From an uncultured Acidimicrobiaceae bacterium (GTDB lineage: Bacteria > Actinomycetota > Acidimicrobiia > Acidimicrobiales > Bog-793): DNA of 64,000 nucleotides. Location: NCBI GenBank assembly GCA_963841155.1, contig CAWJBM010000002.1, forward strand, positions 349,885-413,884, given 5' to 3'. The first letter of the stretch is position 1; the number at the start of each line of letters is the position of its first letter. Shown here piece by piece: positions 60,678 through 64,000 of this stretch. The notes below the pieces were generated by a model. That model ran no database searches. It worked only from the letters and a program-made list of their open reading frames with translations, and was not told the origin of the DNA. A program made the translations under genes and the position numbers.

Positions 60678-61433
60678 ATGCTTGGAAGAGTGCGGCGACG
60701 AAAGAGGAAGCGTGCTTCGCGACCGTGGCTGTTCCGAGAGGCCCGGCAGAAGCGCTCCGCTGCCTGGCACAGAACATGGCGCTTCATGGCTGTGGCACTT
60801 CTCGTCGTTGTGCTGTGCTGCGCCGTTTACGGCGTCATCTGGTGGCGGCAACAGTTCGACGTGGGTTTCTTCGTCGGTTGCCTTGGAACGCTTTTCGTCG
60901 GAGGCAGCGTTTTCGTCTTCTTGATCGCAGAGGGCTCCCTCTTGGCCCGTCTGGCGCGACTGCACGAACAGTGGGCGTGCAACGTGATCGAGACCAATGA
61001 GGGCGTCTACGCGACCGTGAGGAACATCGAGTTTGACGGCTTCGATGTCGACTGCGTTGTCATCGCTCAGGCAGGAGTGTTCGCGTTCGAGGTGAAGTCG
61101 ATGCTCGGGGTGAGGCCAGCGAACCAACTTATCCCGTCAATGGAGGCTCACTACGCCGAGCAAGCTCGCTGCGCCGCCAAGAAGACCCGACTCTTGCTCA
61201 AGAGCAAGGATATTCAGATCGACGTCCAGCCTGCGGTGATATTGATCGGACCTGGTGTACCCGAGTCTCTGCCCTCCTACCGCAAGGATGCTGACGGTGT
61301 GAGATGGGTCACGGTGCGCAACTGTGACAAGTGGCTCCCCAGGCTGCGCAACGGGGATCTGGGAGCTGATTGCGCGGATCTCTGTGAAACAGCCCTCCAG
61401 GATTACGTGGTCGCCTACCGCCCTGACGAATAA
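60678..61433 (+). CDS. NERD-domain membrane protein
   Basis: ATG 60678. Arg/Lys-rich N-terminus, two TM helices, then FDGFDVDCVVIAQAGVFAFEVKS (NERD signature D..vi...gvf.iE.K). Confidence 0.75.
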   Translation: MLGRVRRRKRKRASRPWLFREARQKRSAAWHRTWRFMAVALLVVVLCCAVYGVIWWRQQFDVGFFVGCLGTLFVGGSVFVFLIAEGSLLARLARLHEQWACNVIETNEGVYATVRNIEFDGFDVDCVVIAQAGVFAFEVKSMLGVRPANQLIPSMEAHYAEQARCAAKKTRLLLKSKDIQIDVQPAVILIGPGVPESLPSYRKDADGVRWVTVRNCDKWLPRLRNGDLGADCADLCETALQDYVVAYRPDE

Positions 61434-61538
61434 GCGATCCGAGTTGTCTTCTTTAGCTGGGAAGCTCTAGAACTCATTCTGGCTGGTCGGACCGACAAAG
61501 ATGCTCGCCAGTTCGCCGAAGACGACGTCGAGGTCAGC

Positions 61539-61546
61539 AGCAATGT
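61539..61546. repeat. Left copy of the 8-bp target-site duplication AGCAATGT
   Basis: Read directly from the sequence, immediately before the left IR. Confidence 0.9.
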
Positions 61547-62983
61547 GGCTCTTCTCAATGAACTGGGGCGCGTGAACAACTGACCGCGCTCCGATAGGTA
61601 TCCACCGGCGCGGCCAGGGGCCCCGCCATTCTCGTGGTTGTTCGACGACCGAGAGAACTGGAGGACCCCTGACAATGGGCGACGGTACCGAATTCGATGA
61701 CGCGCTGTTGGGACTGCGCGGGTTCCGGGTGGTGGCGGTGACCGAAGACGGCGATGAGCTGCTCGTCGGCGTCGAGACGATCCGCCGGGCGGCCGGGTGT
61801 CCGAGCTGTGGCGTGATCGCCAGAACCAAGGACCGCCTCCGGGTGATCATCAGAGACCTGCCGGCCTTCGACCGGCGCGTGCGCCTCGTGTGGTCCAAGC
61901 GACGGTTCTCTTGCCCGGAGCCGGACTGCCCGGTCCAGACCTGGACCGAACACTGCGACGAGCTCCCCGACCGCCGCGTGCTGTCCGCGCGTGCGGGACG
62001 TGAGTGCACGCGAGCGGTTGGCGAAGAAGCGCGTTCAGTCGCCTCGCTCGCACGTTGGCTCGGTGTCTCCTGGGCGACGGTGATGACGGCCGTGCGCGAC
62101 TACGGGACACCGCTTGTGGACGACCCGGGCCGGGTCGAGGAGGTGAGCTCGCTCGGCATCGACGAGACGGCGTTTCTGAAGGCGAACGCCGAGCACCCGA
62201 CGATGTACGTCACCGGTCTTGTCGACCTCGAGCAACGAGTGCTCATCGACATGATCGAGGGAAACCGGGCGATCGACGTCTCGCGTTGGCTCTCGAGCAA
62301 GGACGAGGCCTTCCTGGCCGGCATTACGACCGTCGCCTGCGACCTGCACGAGGGCTACCGGTCCGGGCTGCACCCGCATCTCGACCATGCCCGCCAGGTG
62401 GCCGATCCGTTCCACGTGGTGGCAGCCGAGAACCGCTGCGTCGATGAGGTGCGCCGCAGGGTGCAAAACGAGCTGTTGGGACATCGCGGTCGAAAGGATG
62501 ACCCGCTCTACAAGATCCGCCGGGTGCTGCTCACCGGTTCGGAGCGCCTCAACCAGACAGGCGTAGACCGCATGGCTCTTGGTCTTCGTCTCGGCGATCC
62601 CGACGACGAAGTCCTCGGAGCGTGGCTCGCCAAGGAGTACCTGCGCGACGTCTATCTCACCGCTGATCCGAACGAGGCCGCAGTGCTCTTGGACCGGGTG
62701 ATCGCAGGTTGCCTCGCGGATGAGGTCGATGAGATCGTCTCTCTCGGCAACACCTTGAAGCACTGGCGCACCCAGATCCTCGCTCACCATCTCACCGGCG
62801 CTTCGAACGGGCCGACCGAGGCGATGAACCTGCTCGTCAAGAAGATCAGGCGTTGCGGGCACGGCTTCAAGAGTTTTGGGAACTACCGCCTACGCGTCCT
62901 TTTGCACTGCGGTGGGATCCAATGGAAGGCTCATCCGGCTACGACAATGCGGGCTCGCTCACCCCAGTTGGTCGCGTAGAGCC
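61547..62983 (+). mobile_element. ISL3-family insertion sequence (complete, 1437 bp)
   Basis: Terminal inverted repeats GGCTCTTCTCAATGAACTGGGGCGCG (61547-) and the reverse complement of 62952-62983, GGCTCTACGCGACCAACTGGGGTGAG, match at 22 of 31 positions by eye. They are flanked by an identical 8-bp direct repeat, AGCAATGT. Confidence 0.9.
61675..62979 (+). CDS. ISL3-family transposase
   Basis: 434-aa ORF with an N-terminal zinc finger (CPSCG...CPEPDC), plus GIDETAF, DLHEGYR and NGPTEAMN motifs. Confidence 0.9.
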   Translation: MGDGTEFDDALLGLRGFRVVAVTEDGDELLVGVETIRRAAGCPSCGVIARTKDRLRVIIRDLPAFDRRVRLVWSKRRFSCPEPDCPVQTWTEHCDELPDRRVLSARAGRECTRAVGEEARSVASLARWLGVSWATVMTAVRDYGTPLVDDPGRVEEVSSLGIDETAFLKANAEHPTMYVTGLVDLEQRVLIDMIEGNRAIDVSRWLSSKDEAFLAGITTVACDLHEGYRSGLHPHLDHARQVADPFHVVAAENRCVDEVRRRVQNELLGHRGRKDDPLYKIRRVLLTGSERLNQTGVDRMALGLRLGDPDDEVLGAWLAKEYLRDVYLTADPNEAAVLLDRVIAGCLADEVDEIVSLGNTLKHWRTQILAHHLTGASNGPTEAMNLLVKKIRRCGHGFKSFGNYRLRVLLHCGGIQWKAHPATTMRARSPQLVA

Positions 62984-62991
62984 AGCAATGT
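62984..62991. repeat. Right copy of the 8-bp target-site duplication AGCAATGT
   Basis: Read directly from the sequence, immediately after the right IR. Confidence 0.9.
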
Positions 62992-63298
62992 CCATCGCCT
63001 GGACGAGGTAGCTCCGTTGTTCAGGCGTCAGGGCAGGCGCCGTGCCGTCGCTCATCTGTTCGAGCGCGCCGAGCAGGGCACGAAGCAAGTCGACCGTGCT
63101 GGCGTGAAGCTCGAGGCGAAGGAGCGGGTCGTCGATGACCCAGAGTACGCCCCAACGAGTCTCGTGGCCTGCTGCGCCCACTCAATTCTCCGAGCGCTAG
63201 CCGTGTTGACCTCGCTTCACGCTGCTGAGTTGGTGATTGCCACTCTGTGGGTAGACCGCTGCGGCTTGTGCGCACTTCGGGCTGAAGAGACTGTAGAC

Positions 63299-64000
63299 CT
63301 ACCTTGCCAGTAGTCCCCGCAGTCGGTCCCGCATGATGGCCCGTCGCTTCTTGAAGAAGGTAAGCACGTCCGCTGTAATACCGGGTGGAAGATCTTGTAG
63401 GTCATGAAAGCGGAGGTATTCCTCGCGCTTCACTGCTGGGTGAATGGAATGAGCATAGACTAGAGGGTGCTTCTTCGATTTCTCTAGGTTTAGCTCTCCA
63501 CGTAAGAGTTGAAGATTGGGGAGTTGATCACGCTGAATGAAGATGACGGCTATCTGCTCACCATTGAGTCCCGCCCGACGAAGGCGAGCCTCTGTCAACA
63601 GCCCGCGCGGAAAGACGTGATCCTGATGGTATTGCTCGGTCAGGTCTACGCCCGGGTAGAGGAGAGACAAGAGGAGCATCGCGGGTCGGTGGCCCCAACG
63701 TGTGTCCAAGAGGACCTCGATCTCCTCGTCAGAGAACGTGAGCGGCTTCTTCGAGCGGCTGAGCACATTGTCAATGTCCTCAAGGGGAAACCCTTTACCC
63801 TCGTTCTCCTGAAAGATCCTTCTAATCTCCGTTAGAATGCCGTCGACTGCACCCGTCCAAAACGATCCCTTCAGCAGGGACCTGATCACGAAGCTACGCA
63901 CACGCTCACGATCGCTATAGTGAGCATGTAGTCCGACGTAGTTCTCCCGCAGCTGTCGGGACCTGATGTAGTACGCGACCGGAATGATGACGTTCTCCGC
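63299..64000 (-). CDS. DUF1524 (GmrSD-type HNH-like) C-terminal part of a DUF262/DUF1524-family protein; 5' end lies beyond the window
   Basis: The frame stays open to the window edge (AENVIIPVAYYIRSRQLRENY...). YHQDHVFPRG...NLQLLRGELNLEKSKK fits the DUF1524 H..(H/D)..P ... N..L....N..K pattern. G+C is low (31/60 at 63421). Confidence 0.7.
   Translation of the reverse strand, partial: AENVIIPVAYYIRSRQLRENYVGLHAHYSDRERVRSFVIRSLLKGSFWTGAVDGILTEIRRIFQENEGKGFPLEDIDNVLSRSKKPLTFSDEEIEVLLDTRWGHRPAMLLLSLLYPGVDLTEQYHQDHVFPRGLLTEARLRRAGLNGEQIAVIFIQRDQLPNLQLLRGELNLEKSKKHPLVYAHSIHPAVKREEYLRFHDLQDLPPGITADVLTFFKKRRAIMRDRLRGLLAR

Larger units (their letters stand above)
61467..63181 (-). pseudogene. Small ORF (about 89 aa when reconstructed) interrupted by the ISL3 element
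   Basis: The 5' part (63181-62984) ends ...EQRSYLVQAMDIA. Removing the IS plus one TSD copy (1445 nt) joins it in frame to ADLDVVFGELASIFVGPTSQNEF* (61538-61467). Confidence 0.5.

Overview
This is a 64-kb window from a high-GC, actinobacterium-like chromosome (one core line counted by eye at 12001 gave 41/60 G+C). Positions 1-53.8 kb are mostly conserved housekeeping genes in an order typical of Actinomycetota: eno-ftsB-DUF501/ppx, then mazG-PPIase-mfd-pth-L25-prs-glmU, plus ppc, tldD-pmbA and moeA-moaC. Accessory genes are interspersed: orphan Mo-hydroxylase maturation genes (coxG-mocA-xdhC), a PadR plus membrane-protein pair, a GAF-GGDEF cyclase, a secreted S53 sedolisin with IPT repeats, a K+ channel next to CorA, a catalase and an ABC-2 exporter. 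There are also decayed stretches: a TnpB remnant, an epimerase pseudogene, a WhiB-like remnant, and a tRNA-Lys flanked by a Cys-repeat pseudogene, a beta-helix fragment and an IS256 remnant. From tRNA-Ala(CGC) at 53.8 kb to the window edge lies a lower-GC integrative island. It carries a tyrosine integrase, an IS1380-family element, a McrBC type IV restriction system with an N-terminal module I cannot place, and a divergent MazG-like/NERD-membrane gene pair. It also carries an ISL3 element with a perfect 8-bp target duplication that interrupts a small ORF, and a DUF1524/GmrSD-like gene cut by the window edge. Several conserved genes (mfd, coxG-like, ABC-2 permease, mcrB) have single-base frame breaks, so either the assembly has indel errors or these genes are decaying. 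I saw no rRNA genes or CRISPR arrays. All functional calls come from recognising motifs by eye in the supplied translations; no database search was possible.
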